Assembly (NCBI GenBank): GCA_035535495.1
Contig: DATLQA010000233.1
Coordinates: forward strand, 10,734 to 74,733
Origin: Actinomycetota bacterium
Lineage (GTDB): Bacteria > Actinomycetota > CALGFH01
DNA: 64,000 nt
Reading direction: 5' to 3'
The first letter of the stretch is position 1; each line of letters begins with the position of its first letter. The notes under the pieces were generated by a model. It saw nothing but the letters and a program-made list of their open reading frames with translations, did not search any database and was not told where the DNA came from. Of this stretch, positions 37,288 through 48,300 are shown piece by piece. Made by a program: the position numbers and the translations under genes.

Positions 37288-38022
37288 CTAGATCGCGTTC
37301 TTCTCCGGTGCCACCGACTTGGCGCCGCGGGGGACCATGAAGTCGTTGATGAAGGCCGAGACCACGTCGATGTTCACCCGCTGGCTGGTCTGCAGGTGCC
37401 GCCAGGCGGTCATGGTCAGGCCGTCGGACGGCAGGCCCTCATACGGCGCCAGCACGAGCTTGTCCTCGCTGAGCCCCTCGGCGATGCGGGTCAGCGTCTC
37501 GACCTGGTCGGCGGGGAGGTTCTTGTACTGGAGCACCACGTAGCCGTGTTCCAGGTTGTGCACCAGCGCCCGCTCGTCCTGCTGGTCACGGTAGATGCCC
37601 CTCGGCAGCGGCGTGCCCAGGTGGTCCCCTGAGGTCGGGGGCTGCGAGTTCCAGTTCCTGGGCTGGGCGTCCGCACCGATGTGGTCGCGGCCGGCCTCGG
37701 CGAACTGCCGCACCTGGCTGGCGCCGGCCGCGCGGGTGGCGGCCGCCAGCTGGGCGGCGTCCGGGTTGGTCAGCTTGATGGAGGTGTCCCGTCCCTGCCA
37801 CAGGATCACGCCGACCAGCGCCAGCACCACCACGACGCCCCCGGCTGTCCAGGCGATGGCACGCTTCCGCCTGCGCCGCTCGGCCTCCCGCCTGGCCGCC
37901 GCCCCCTTGGCGAGCTTGCCCTTGCCGGCCGGCCCCTTCGGCTGCTTCTTGGACGCGGGGGCGGGCCGGTTGGATGCCGGCTTGGCGCCCTTCGCCTTGC
38001 CGGGCTTCTGCTGATCGACCAT
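37288..38022 (-). CDS. DUF3105 domain membrane-anchored protein
   Basis: Lys-rich tail, one TM helix, and the DUF3105 signature LVHNLEHGYVVLQY. Confidence 0.7.
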   Translation of the reverse strand: MVDQQKPGKAKGAKPASNRPAPASKKQPKGPAGKGKLAKGAAARREAERRRRKRAIAWTAGGVVVVLALVGVILWQGRDTSIKLTNPDAAQLAAATRAAGASQVRQFAEAGRDHIGADAQPRNWNSQPPTSGDHLGTPLPRGIYRDQQDERALVHNLEHGYVVLQYKNLPADQVETLTRIAEGLSEDKLVLAPYEGLPSDGLTMTAWRHLQTSQRVNIDVVSAFINDFMVPRGAKSVAPEKNAI

Positions 38023-38177
38023 GGACGACTGTCTCCAAAACGGGTGGGACGGACGGCGGAGGTTCAATTCTATGCACCTGGGCGCGAAACGGCGGCACCG
38101 GCCCGCGGTGTAGCCCGGCCTCGCCTCGGGTAGACGCCATCGGGTCGACCCCGCGAGCAGCGACGAGAGGCGGCGGC

Positions 38178-39668
38178 ATGAGCGTCCTGAAGACCAAGCC
38201 GGTCGAGCAGTGCATCAGCGACACCGAGGTGGAGGGGCACCAGCTCCGCCGCGACCTGTCCGCCCTCGACCTGACCGTCTTCGGCGTCGGGGTCACCATC
38301 GGCACCGGTATCTTCGTGCTCACCGGGGTGGCCGCCGCCACCAAGGCCGGTCCGGCCATCGCGCTGTCCTTCGTGGTCGCCGCAGTCGCCTGCGCCCTCG
38401 CCGGGCTGTGCTACGCCGAGCTGGCCAGCGCCGTGCCGGTGGCCGGCAGCGCCTACACCTTCTCCTACGCCACCCTGGGCGAGCTGATCGCCTGGATCAT
38501 CGGCTGGGACCTGGTGCTCGAATTCACCCTCGGCGGAGCGGCGGTGGCCAAGGGCTGGTCCAAGTACCTGGTCGAGCTGCTGCCGTTCACCCTCCCCGCC
38601 AGCATCGCCGGTGACAGCCCGACGGTCGACGTGCCCGCCGCGTTGGTGGTGGCCGCGCTCACCGTGGTCGCGATCATCGGGGTGAAGTTCAGCGCACGCT
38701 TCAACAGCCTCCTGGTCGCCGTCAAGGTCGCGGTGGTGCTGCTGTTCATCGCCGTCGGCCTGACCGCGGTCAAGGCGAGCAACTGGAGCCCGTTCATCCC
38801 GCCGGCCGCCAAGGCGCCCAAGGCGGTGACCGCCGTCGAGACCGGCACGCCAGTGATCCAGCTGCTGCTCGGGCAGGAGCCGCTCGACTACGGCCTGCTC
38901 GGCATCGGCTTCGGCGCCGCCATCGTGTTCTTCGCCTTCATCGGCTTCGACGTGATCGCCACCACCGCCGAGGAGGTCCGCCGGCCGCAGCGCGACCTGC
39001 CCATCGGCATCCTCGGCTCGCTGGCCATCTGCACCGTGCTCTACGTGATCGTCTCGGTGGTGATGACCGGCCTGCTCCGCTACACCGAGCTGAACGACGC
39101 CGCGCCGATGGCCAAGGCGCTCAAGGCCAACGGCCTCGACCTGGCCGCCAGCCTGGTCTCGCTCGGCGCCCTCGCCGGCCTCACCACGGTCATCCTGGTG
39201 CTGATGATGGGCCAGGCCCGGGTCCTGTTCGCCATGAGCCGCGACCGGCTGCTCCCCGAGGGGCTGGCCAAGGTCCACCCGACCTTCCGCACCCCGTGGA
39301 TCATCTCGCTGCTCACCGGCACGGTGATCGCGGTGATCACCGCCCTGGTGGACCTGGAGACCCTGGCCGACCTGGTGAACATCGGCACGCTGTTCGCCTT
39401 CGTGCTGGTCTCGATCGGGGTGGTGGTGCTGCGTCGCACGCGGCCCGACCTGCAGCGCGCCTTCCGCACCCCGGCGGTGCCGCTGATCCCCGCCCTGGCC
39501 GTGGTCGCCTGCCTGTTCCTGATGCTGAACCTCGGCACCCACACCTGGTACCGCTTCCTCGCCTGGATGGTGATCGGCCTGGTGGTCTACTTCTTCTACG
39601 GCCGGCGCCGCAGCCGCCTGGCCACCGGCGAGAAGACGGTGGCCACCGGCGACGGTCAGGCGCGGTAG
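38178..39668 (+). CDS. APC-family amino acid permease
   Basis: 12 TM helices. LTVFGVGVTIGTGIFVLTG N-terminal signature. Confidence 0.85.
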   Translation: MSVLKTKPVEQCISDTEVEGHQLRRDLSALDLTVFGVGVTIGTGIFVLTGVAAATKAGPAIALSFVVAAVACALAGLCYAELASAVPVAGSAYTFSYATLGELIAWIIGWDLVLEFTLGGAAVAKGWSKYLVELLPFTLPASIAGDSPTVDVPAALVVAALTVVAIIGVKFSARFNSLLVAVKVAVVLLFIAVGLTAVKASNWSPFIPPAAKAPKAVTAVETGTPVIQLLLGQEPLDYGLLGIGFGAAIVFFAFIGFDVIATTAEEVRRPQRDLPIGILGSLAICTVLYVIVSVVMTGLLRYTELNDAAPMAKALKANGLDLAASLVSLGALAGLTTVILVLMMGQARVLFAMSRDRLLPEGLAKVHPTFRTPWIISLLTGTVIAVITALVDLETLADLVNIGTLFAFVLVSIGVVVLRRTRPDLQRAFRTPAVPLIPALAVVACLFLMLNLGTHTWYRFLAWMVIGLVVYFFYGRRRSRLATGEKTVATGDGQAR

Positions 39669-39676
39669 CCGCGACC

Positions 39677-40447
39677 TCAGGTGGACGGCGGGGCCGGGAC
39701 CGGCCTGCCGACCAGGTGGAGCCGGTCGCGGCGGGCCAGGGTGAAGCCGAGCTTGGCGGCGACCCGCAGGCTGGCCAGGTTGTCGGGCGAGGTCGTCCAG
39801 GTCGGCGTCCGGCCGCGGCGGCGGATGTCGTGGCAGACGGCGGCGGCGCAGGCGGTGGACAGCCCGAGGCGGCGGTGCGCCGGCTCGGTGGCCACGCCGA
39901 TGTCCTCGTACCGCCAGCCGGCGAAGAACGGGCAGGCCACCGCGGCCAATCGGCCATCCACGAACGCCCCGCACCCCATGCCGCTGGCGGCCAGCCCGGC
40001 GGGGCCGCCCCAGGTCCCGGAGATCCAACCCGTCTCGCCGCCGAGGCCGGCGAGCGCGCCGGCGTCGGCCGGGACGAGCCGGCGCACCACCTGCCCGGGC
40101 GGGAGCGCGGGACTCCGCGCCGGGAGCCGCTCCTGCGTGAGGATCACCCGTGGCCACTCGTGCACCTCACCGAACGCCGCCCGCAACAGCGGCACGAACG
40201 GCTCGGCCGCGTCCACGAAGCCGGTGACCTGGCCGCGCAGCTCGCCCGGGTCGAGCGCGCCCGGGTCCCCGGCGAGCAGGTAGTTGCCGGCCGACTCCAC
40301 CACCAGCGCCCGCGGGTCGGGCCAGCGGTCCGCCAGGCACCGGCCGTGACCGGTCAGGATCACGTGCTGGGCGACCAGCGGACCGGGCCGCTCTGGCAGG
40401 AACCACCCGCGGACGGCCGCGAGCTGCTCACCCGTGACCGGCACCAT
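39677..40447 (-). CDS. GNAT family acetyltransferase with an N-terminal extension
   Basis: C-terminal GNAT core YEDIGVATEPAHRRLGL...LGF. Confidence 0.6.
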   Translation of the reverse strand: MVPVTGEQLAAVRGWFLPERPGPLVAQHVILTGHGRCLADRWPDPRALVVESAGNYLLAGDPGALDPGELRGQVTGFVDAAEPFVPLLRAAFGEVHEWPRVILTQERLPARSPALPPGQVVRRLVPADAGALAGLGGETGWISGTWGGPAGLAASGMGCGAFVDGRLAAVACPFFAGWRYEDIGVATEPAHRRLGLSTACAAAVCHDIRRRGRTPTWTTSPDNLASLRVAAKLGFTLARRDRLHLVGRPVPAPPST

Positions 40448-40468
40448 CGCGCCCCTCCCCGCGCCGAC

Positions 40469-41827
40469 CTACCGGTCGATCAGGCCGGAGCTCGGCGGGG
40501 TCGCCGGTGGGGGAGTGGCGTCCGGGCCGGAGCGGCCGGCGGCCAGCGCGCCGAGGGGGAGCCAGCCGCCGGGGAGGTCGAGCGCCCTGGCGGCGGCCTG
40601 GCGGTGTGACGGCCCGGCGGGGACCCACGCCGCCGCCATGCCCTGGGCGCGGAGGGCGAGCAGCAGGGCCTGGGTGAACGCGCCGGCGGCCAGCTCGTCC
40701 GCTGGCCCGGCGCCGGCCAGGCAAACCACCAGCAGCACCGGCGCCAGCGCGGCCAGGGCGGCCCGCTCCGCTCCGCCGGACGCCTCGTCCTGGGCGGGTG
40801 CCGCCCCGGCGGCGGTGCCGAGGCCTGGCAGGGCCGGCGCGTTCTCGCCGGCCGGTTCCGGCCTGGTGGCGGCCAGCCAGCGCTCGCGGGCGGCGGCCGA
40901 GACGACCCGGACCACCGGGGGGGCCGGCCAGGGCGCGGCCAGGGTGGCGGCCTCGACGGCCCGCTCGACCAGGGCCGGGTCGACCGGGTCGGGGAGCAGG
41001 GCGGCGGGTCGGCCAGCACCCTCGAGGAAGGCGAGCAGCTCCTCCGGCGCGCCGGCGGTGCGGAACAGGTCGTCGGATGCCGGGCGGACGAGGTCGCGGG
41101 CGGTGCCGTCCCCTGGCGGGCGTGCCACCCCGCGGAGCAGCGCGGCGGGGACCCGGGCGAGCTTCCCCTTGACCAGGTCGGCAGCCGCGGCCACCTCGTC
41201 GGGCACGGCCGTCTCGGTGACCTCGAGCACGCGGCCGTCGCCGTCCGGGCGGCCGCGGTAGTCGGCCAGGGCGCCCATGCCGGCCAGCCCGACGGCGACG
41301 TCGGTCTGGCCAAGCCGCCAGGGCCGGCCGAGGGTGTCGGTGACCACCACGGCGAGGTCGGCGCCGGTCGCGGCGGCCAGGGCGGCGCGCAGCCTGGCGG
41401 CCGAGGCGTCCGGGTCCTCGGGCAGGGGCACCAGCGCGTCGCCGCCGGCGTTGGACGCGTCGATCAGGGCGTTCGCCCCGACCAGGCCATGCCGGGTCTC
41501 GGCGATCACCAGCCGGCCGCGCCTGGCCACCACCCGGACGGTCTCGGCGGCGACCGTCTCGCGGTGGATCCGCTCGCGCTCGGCCTCCTCGGCCGGCAGC
41601 GGCACCAGGCGGCCTTCGGCCTTGGCGACCACCTTGGAGGTCACCGCCAGCACGTCGCCGTCGCGCAACCGCTCGCCGGCGGCCTCGACCCCGTCCAGCA
41701 GCAGCCTGACCAGGTCGTCGCCCGCCCGGATCTCGGGCAGCCCGGGCAGGGGGATCACGCTCACCACGCCGGGCCGCCCGGGCGCCGCGGCGCCCGGCCC
41801 GTCCTTGGCAGGCGGCGGGGTGCTCAT
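40469..41827 (-). CDS. fbiB: Coenzyme F420:L-glutamate ligase (CofE domain) fused to a nitroreductase-like C-terminal domain (FbiB)
   Basis: CofE motifs (VTSKVVAKAEGR, ALIDASNAGG, VVTDTLGRPWRLGQTDVAVG). ATG (revcomp at 41825-41827) in an ATGA overlap with fbiA. The upstream part of the 608-aa ORF is an R/G artefact. Confidence 0.85.
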   Translation of the reverse strand: MSTPPPAKDGPGAAAPGRPGVVSVIPLPGLPEIRAGDDLVRLLLDGVEAAGERLRDGDVLAVTSKVVAKAEGRLVPLPAEEAERERIHRETVAAETVRVVARRGRLVIAETRHGLVGANALIDASNAGGDALVPLPEDPDASAARLRAALAAATGADLAVVVTDTLGRPWRLGQTDVAVGLAGMGALADYRGRPDGDGRVLEVTETAVPDEVAAAADLVKGKLARVPAALLRGVARPPGDGTARDLVRPASDDLFRTAGAPEELLAFLEGAGRPAALLPDPVDPALVERAVEAATLAAPWPAPPVVRVVSAAARERWLAATRPEPAGENAPALPGLGTAAGAAPAQDEASGGAERAALAALAPVLLVVCLAGAGPADELAAGAFTQALLLALRAQGMAAAWVPAGPSHRQAAARALDLPGGWLPLGALAAGRSGPDATPPPATPPSSGLIDR

Positions 41828-42792
41828 AGCGCCGAGAGCGCGGTCTTGGCCAGGGCGGCGGCGTCCTCGACGGTGTGCATGATGGTGGGGGCGACCAGCG
41901 CCCGCAGCCCCAGCGCGGTCACGTCCTCGGCCTGGCCGGCGTCGAGGAGGTCGAGGACGAACGCGTCGACCAGGTCGGCGTAGAGGCCGGCCACGCCGCG
42001 GGCGGACACCTCCACCTCCCAGGCGGGCAGGAGCTTGTCCGCCATGCCGCGCACCGGCGCGCCGGCCACGATCGGGGTCACGGCCACCTTGGCGCAGGTG
42101 GCGGCCTGCACCGCCTCGACCACGCCGGGCACCGCCAGGATCGGGGCGATCGAGACGACCGGGTTGGAGGGGCAGACCACGATGCCGTCCGCGGCGGCCA
42201 GCGCGTCGAGCACGCCCGGCGCCGGGCGTGCCCGCTGGACGCCCTCGAAGCGGACTCGCCGGACCGGATCGCGTGCCTGGCGGCCCACCCACCACTCCTG
42301 GAAGCTCAGGTCGGTCGGGCCGTCCGGCCCGTCGACCTCGACCCGGGTCTCGACCCGGTCGTCGCTCATCGGCAGCAGGTGGGCGGCGACCCCCATGCGG
42401 TCGCAGAGCTCGGCCGTCACCTGGCTGAGGCTGGCGCCTTCGGCCAGGCGGCGGGTGCGGTACAGATGGGTGGCGATGTCCCGGTCGCCAAGGCCGAACC
42501 AGCCAGGCTCGCCCAGGCGGACCAGCGCGTCGCGGACGTTCCAGGTCTCGCCGGCGAGCCCCCAGCCGCGCTCGGAGTCGGCCCTGCCGGCCAGGGTGTA
42601 GGTGACCGAGTCCAGGTCCGGCGAGATCGCCAGCCCGTGCATGCGCAGGTCGTCACCGGTGTTGACGACCACCACGAGCTGCTCGGCCGGGTGGATGCGG
42701 ACGAGCCCTCGCAGGAACCGGCCGGCCCCGACGCCGCCCGCGAGCGCCACCAGCATCTGCCGCCTCCGTCGTCTACGGTCCGCCCTGGGCAC
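41824..42792 (-). CDS. fbiA: 2-phospho-L-lactate transferase (CofD/FbiA)
   Basis: CofD family fold. An alternative start at the ATG at 42756 ([12 protein letters not shown]) is perhaps more likely. Confidence 0.85.
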   Translation of the reverse strand: MPRADRRRRRRQMLVALAGGVGAGRFLRGLVRIHPAEQLVVVVNTGDDLRMHGLAISPDLDSVTYTLAGRADSERGWGLAGETWNVRDALVRLGEPGWFGLGDRDIATHLYRTRRLAEGASLSQVTAELCDRMGVAAHLLPMSDDRVETRVEVDGPDGPTDLSFQEWWVGRQARDPVRRVRFEGVQRARPAPGVLDALAAADGIVVCPSNPVVSIAPILAVPGVVEAVQAATCAKVAVTPIVAGAPVRGMADKLLPAWEVEVSARGVAGLYADLVDAFVLDLLDAGQAEDVTALGLRALVAPTIMHTVEDAAALAKTALSAL

Positions 42793-42877
42793 GGGCTGAC
42801 GCCTGGCTGGGTCCGGGCGCAGTCTGCCACCGCGTCAACCGGCCCCGCCAACCGGGCAGGCGTCCGTGCTCGGGCGG

Positions 42878-43726
42878 CTAGGTGCTGCTGGGAGGCGGCG
42901 GCTGGGGCTGGGTGGCGCCCCGCTGCTGCTTCTGCTGCTTCGCGCTGACCAGCGCCTTCTGGGCGACCTGGATCGCCTCATTGGCGGCGGGCGAGGTCTT
43001 GGGAAGCGCCATGGCCACGCTGGTGAGGCGGATGATCTGCCGGTCCTGGACCTCGACGAGGCCTTGCCGCAGGGCGACCGCCCGCTTGTCGTCGAGTTCC
43101 TGCAGCTGGGCCTGGTCGACCGCTTGGGCGGCGGCGTCGACCGAGGCGCGGAGGCTCAGGATGGCGTCGGGGACGCGGTCCATCTGGCGGGCGTTGGCCA
43201 GACGGGTCAGCTCGCTCAGCCGGACGTCGGCGATGCGCATGCGCTCGCGCGCGGCGCCCGTCGGCGACCAGCCCAGCGAGACCAGGCGGACCTCCTCGAC
43301 GGAGAGCTTCACCGGGTAGAGGGGCTGTCCCGGCAGGGCGTTGCCGGAGGCCATCGTGGCCGGGATGAGCAGCAGGGCGGCCGCTAGCAAGGCGGTGGCG
43401 ACGCGGCGGCGCAGCCGCGACGGCCGCACCTGGCTCGCGGCGGGGTCGACCGGCTGGAGCTGGACGACGTCGGTGCCGATGCGCCGGCGCGTCCCGTTGG
43501 CCGAGAAGGTGATCGGAGCGAGCCTTGGCGTACCGATCGCATGGTTCAGATGCCGGCGCGCGACGCCCGGATCGAGCGTCACCGTCGCCAGCTCCGCCCG
43601 CAGGGCGGTGGCCACCGCGACCAGCGGGGCGAGTTCCACCGAGACGTAGCGGTCAGACCCGCCCGCGGGCGCGTCCAGCAGCGCGTCCAGCTCGTCGTCG
43701 AGGCTCAACGGCCTCCCCATCGTCAA
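42878..43726 (-). CDS. Membrane-anchored anti-sigma factor (DUF5667-like extracytoplasmic domain)
   Basis: Single TM helix. A PGQPLYPVKLSVEEVRL block. ATGA overlap with the upstream ECF sigma gene. Confidence 0.6.
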   Translation of the reverse strand: MTMGRPLSLDDELDALLDAPAGGSDRYVSVELAPLVAVATALRAELATVTLDPGVARRHLNHAIGTPRLAPITFSANGTRRRIGTDVVQLQPVDPAASQVRPSRLRRRVATALLAAALLLIPATMASGNALPGQPLYPVKLSVEEVRLVSLGWSPTGAARERMRIADVRLSELTRLANARQMDRVPDAILSLRASVDAAAQAVDQAQLQELDDKRAVALRQGLVEVQDRQIIRLTSVAMALPKTSPAANEAIQVAQKALVSAKQQKQQRGATQPQPPPPSST

Positions 43727-44424
43727 CCCTCCTCCTGTGAAGGCAGGCGATCAGGAGGGCCGGATAGATACGGGTTGTCGTCTGGCAGATCGTCTTCCGG
43801 CTGGTCGGTGCGGAGCTCGAGCACCCGCGCCAGGCTGGCCAGACCGCGGTGCTGCAACGACTTGACCGCGCCGGTGGTCTTGCCGAGGGTGGTGGCCACC
43901 TCCGGGGCGGTCAGCCCGGCCGCCAGCCGGAGCAGCAGGACCTCGCGCTGGTCGGTGGAGAGCTGCTGGAGGGCCGCCATCACCCGGCTGGCGTCGAGCC
44001 GCTCGATCGCCAGGTCCTGCGGGTCGGGCGCGTTCTCGACCAGGGCGGCCTCGTCGAGCACGTCGTCGAGGTTCTCGGTGCGGACCCTGGCGACCCGGCG
44101 CCGGTAGTCGTAGAGGTCGTGGCGGGCGATGCGGAACAGCCAGCCGCCGAGCTTGTTGATCTCGCCGCGGAACCCGGGCAGGGATTCGATCGCGGCGGTG
44201 AAGACCGTGCCGGTGAGGTCCTCGGCCGCGTGGCGGTCGCCGACCGCGGCGACGAAGAAGCGCAGCAGCGCTGGCGCGTATGCCTGGTAGATGCGCGTGA
44301 CCGCGGCGGGGTCGCGGCGACGGGCCGCGACCAGGTCAGCCGCGGTGAGTTCGATCCCGCTCGCGATCACGACCCCGGGAGCCCCGGGGGTGGGCGAGGT
44401 GCGTGTGGTCTTGAACACGAACAT
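43723..44424 (-). CDS. ECF (sigma-70 family) RNA polymerase sigma factor with a C-terminal acidic extension
   Basis: Region 2 (FRIARHDLYDYRRR) and region 4 helix-turn-helix (LTAPEVATTLGKTTGAVKSLQHRG). Confidence 0.8.
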   Translation of the reverse strand: MFVFKTTRTSPTPGAPGVVIASGIELTAADLVAARRRDPAAVTRIYQAYAPALLRFFVAAVGDRHAAEDLTGTVFTAAIESLPGFRGEINKLGGWLFRIARHDLYDYRRRVARVRTENLDDVLDEAALVENAPDPQDLAIERLDASRVMAALQQLSTDQREVLLLRLAAGLTAPEVATTLGKTTGAVKSLQHRGLASLARVLELRTDQPEDDLPDDNPYLSGPPDRLPSQEEG

Positions 44425-44631
44425 CCCTCAGAAGGTCTATCAGGCGGCGTAGAGGCTATCCGATCAGGCCGGATATGCACGAGTCCCAAGAGGCTCCGTT
44501 ACGTCACAGCTTGATGGCGGCCGCGTACCAAACTGCTTGATTCTGCCTCTCAAGCTGGCGCAGAATGCCACCGATGTAATTACGGCCATGGAGCTACGTA
44601 CCACGCCGCCGCGAGCACGAAAGAGGCCGGG

Positions 44632-44874
44632 ATGACCACACTCCCCCTCGTCGAACCGCAAGCCTGGTACGAGCAGGCTGCCTGCCTGCAGGCCAATGCC
44701 GACTGCTTCTTCCCGGAGAAGGGCGGCTCCACCCGCGAGGCCAAGCGGATCTGCTCGACCTGCACCGTTCGCCTCGAATGCCTGCAATATGCTCTCGCCA
44801 ACGACGAACGCTTCGGCATCTGGGGCGGTCTGAGCGAGCGCGAGCGCCGGCGGCTCAAGCGCCTGGCGTCCTAG
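44632..44874 (+). CDS. whiB: WhiB-family (Wbl) Fe-S transcription factor, WhiB2/WhmD-like
   Basis: Four Cys (C..C..C..C). GIWGG turn and a basic C-terminal tail. Confidence 0.9.
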   Translation: MTTLPLVEPQAWYEQAACLQANADCFFPEKGGSTREAKRICSTCTVRLECLQYALANDERFGIWGGLSERERRRLKRLAS

Positions 44875-44887
44875 CGCCCTCCCTGCG

Positions 44888-44908
44888 GAGAAATGCTCCG
44901 CAGTCCCA
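44888..44908 (+). terminator. Putative intrinsic terminator hairpin downstream of whiB
   Basis: A perfect 8-bp stem CTGCGGAG / CTCCGCAG with a 5-nt loop, followed by a T-rich tract (ttctttgtatctttctt). Confidence 0.4.
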
Positions 44909-45332
44909 CGTAGGCAGTTCTTTGTATCTTTCTTCGTGGTCGCCGGCTGCCGCATGGGTGCCGCGGATTGCCCCGGACGGGCGCGTCCGGGCGGCCGGAT
45001 CTTCCCGCCGGCGCCACCCGGACGCGGGCACGCGGGTGGGGCGCTGACCGGCACGGATGCGTTGCAGCAGCCCAAGCGTGGTAGGATCCGTCCCGCCCGT
45101 GGGGAGGTCATCCATCCCCACGGGTATTTGTCATGGCTTATACAGTCGACGGGTGCATCGAGCCGTGACGGATGAACGAGGGTGGAATGGTCAAGGTGGC
45201 AAAATACGCGGACACGGTGCCGTAGGAGCGGGCACGCACGTGAGGACGCCGGACCGACTCGAACCTGCCGACAGGCAAGCCCCGCATCCCTGACAACGTC
45301 ACCACCCCCCACGCTCAGGAGACGCATCGCCA

Positions 45333-48300
45333 GTGGCAGTCAGCCCTCAGCGCGTCCTCGCCGTGGTCGTGGTCCACAACGGGCGGCCATTCCTGCGGGA
45401 CACGTTCCGAGGCCTCGCGGAGCAGACCCGCCCGATCGACGACGTGCTGATCGTCGACACGGGCTCGACCGACGGCAGCGCCGACTGGGCCAGGGCACGG
45501 CTCGGCCCCGACGCCATCCTGGCCGTCCGTGGCCAGTTCGGCCGGGCGGTCTCCGCCGCGCTCCGCGACCCACGTTCGGCGGAGATGGACTGGCTGTGGC
45601 TGCTCCACGACGACTCCGCGCCGGAGGCCGAGGCGCTGGAGCGGCTGCTGGGTGAGGCCGAGGCACGCCCTGGGGCGAGCGTCCTCGGGCCCAAGCTGGT
45701 GGGCTGGAACGACTCCAACCGCCTGCAGGAGGTCGGCTGGAAGGTCGACCGCACCGGCCGGGCGGTGTCGCCGATCGAGGACGACGAGATCGACCAGGGC
45801 CAGCACGACCTGGTCCAGGACGTCTTCTACGTGTCGACCGCCGGCATGCTGGTCCGGCGCGAGGCGCTGCTGGCGGTCGGGGGCTTCGACGAGCGCATCT
45901 CGGCGTTCCGCGACGACCTGGACCTGTGCTGGCGCGCCCACCTGGTGGGGGAGCGGGTGCTGATCGTCCCCCACGCCAAGGTCCGCCACTTCGGCGCGGC
46001 CGCCTCCCGTGCCCGCCGCACCCGCGCGGTCAGCCTGCCCCGCTACCTGGTCGAACGGCACACCACCTTGGCGTTGTTCAAGTCGACCTCGCTGCGCCGC
46101 CTGCCGCTGGTGATGACGCTCGCCTTCGTCGGCGCGCTGATCCGCGCGCTCGGGCTGACGCTGACCGGCCGTCCCGGCGACGCCGCCCAGGTGCTGTGGG
46201 CCTGGGGGTGGAACGCCAAGGAGCTGCCCATCTCCCTGGTCCACCGGCGCCGCGCGCAGAAGAGCCGCAGGCTGGACGACGCGCGCCTGTCGGCCTTCCA
46301 GGCGCCAGGCGGCCAGCGCGTGCGCGCGCTCCTGCGCGACCTGCTGGACCTGGTCTACGGGGAGGTGGGCGAGCACGTCGCCGAGGTGCGGTTCAAAGAG
46401 GAGGAGGACTCGCCGGCGCTTGGCGCCTCGATCGGGCGGGTGATGGCCAGGCACCCGGTGGGGTTCGCCGTGGCGGCCTTCGCCGCCCTGATGGCGGTCT
46501 CGCTCCGCGCCCTGCTGGTGGCCCCCGGGATCAGCGGCGGCGCCCTCGCCCCCTTCCCGGCCAGCGGCCTGGACCTGCTCAACGAGTACCGGGCCGCGCT
46601 CCACGGCGGCGGGCTTGGCTCGACCCTGGCCGCGTCCCCGTCACTCGCCCTGCTCGGCGCCGCCAGCCTGCTCACCGCCGGCAAGGCGCTGGTGACCCAG
46701 AAGCTGCTGCTGTGGCTGGCCCTGCCGTTGGCCGCCGCCACCTGCACCCGCGCGCTGCGGGTGGTGGTGCCCGAGCGCGCCCCCAGGGCCGTCGCCGGCC
46801 TGCTCTACGCCACCACCCCGCTGGCCATCGGCGCGCTGGCCCAGGGCCGCCTCGGTGAGCTGGCCTTCCTGGTGATCGCCCCGCTCGCCCTCGCCCAGGT
46901 GGTGCTCGCCTTCCGTGGTGACCAGCCGCGCGAGCCGTGGCGGCCGGCGCTCCGCTTCACCCTGCTGGCCGCGGTCGCCGTCGCCATGTACCCGCCAGCC
47001 CTGATCCCGCTCGGGCTGGTGGTGTTCGGCGCCGTCGGCGTGGCCGTCTTCCGCGCCAGGGGCCCGGCCTCCTCCACCGCGATCCGCCAGGCCATCTACC
47101 TCGGTGCCGGCTTCGCCGCCGTGCTGGCCCTGCTCGCCCCATGGAGTGGCCTGCTGTTCACCGGCGCGTCGCCGCTGCGCGCGATCGGCAGGCCGCTGGT
47201 CTCGCCGACAATGGTCGACCTGCTGCAGCTCCGCCCGGGCGGGCCGGGGCTGCCCACCACCCTGGTCGGACCGGTGTACCCGATTCTCGCGCTCGCCGCC
47301 CTGCTGCTCGTCCCCGCCGCCCGCCGGGTCCAGACGTTCATGCTGGTGCTCGGGTTCGTGGTGGCCGCCGCGCTGGCCGCCTGGCAGGCCAAGGGCCTGC
47401 CGCCCCTGATCACCGACTGGGCCGGCGGGATCATGGTCGCCGGCGCGGTGACCTGGGCCGGCGCGGCCGCGCTGGCCCTGGCCGGGATCGGCGCGGTCCG
47501 GCTCAAGCTGGACCTGGACCCGCGGCGGCTCGCCGCCACCGCCCTCGCCCTGGTCGTGGTCGCGTCCAGCGTGATGGTGTTCGCGCACCTGGCCTCCGGC
47601 TCGTGGGGGGAGCTGCAGGCGGTGCGCGGCCGCGCCCTGCCCGCCACCGTCACCGGCGGCCAGGCCAGGGTGCTGTGGCTGGCCGGCCGGCCCGATCACG
47701 GTCTCGATTACGGCGTGACCGGCCCGAACGGCCGCACCCTGCTCGACTCCGGCCGGCCGGAGCCGGTGCCGGCCGCCGAGGCGCTCGGCTCGGTGGTGAC
47801 CGACATCGCCCAGGCCCGCACCCACCGGGCCGGGGCGATGCTGCGGATGTTCAACATCGGCTATGTGGTGGTGCGGACCGGCCCGGACGCCGACCGGCTC
47901 ACCGACCTGGTCGCCCGCCAGCAGGACCTGGTCTGGCGGCCGTCGAGCCAGGCCGGCCTGTATGAAGGCCCCGAGGTCAGCCCCGGTGGCTGGGTGCTGC
48001 CAGGCAAGCCACCGCAGCGGGTCCAGGACCTGGTGGTCGCCGAGGCACCGGTCGCCCTGCGCGGCACCGGCCTCGGCAACGGCACCGGCCAGGTGGAGGG
48101 GCCAGGGACGGTGATCGTGCCCGTGCCGGCGGGTCGGACCTGGAGCGCCTGGGTCGGTGACACCCCGCTCGCGCCGACCTCGGCGCTCGGCTGGGAACAG
48201 GCCTTCGTCCTGCCGCAAGGGGTGAGTGGCGTGCTGCAGGTCCGGGAGACCGGCCAGAGCCGGCGCAACACCCTGCTGCTGGTCGAGGGCCTGCTGGTGC

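Noticed and set aside
38055-38075. tRNA-like T-loop string GGTTCAATTC upstream of the permease gene. A similar string GGTTCGAAAACGAATCC occurs at about 3283-3299.
   Set aside because: The flanking sequence cannot form a T-stem or acceptor stem, and no cloverleaf can be drawn, so these are not tRNA genes.
44464-45327. 287-aa minus-strand ORF spanning whiB and its flanking regulatory regions
   Set aside because: Antisense to a textbook whiB gene and to AT-richer promoter/terminator DNA. No features of a real protein.
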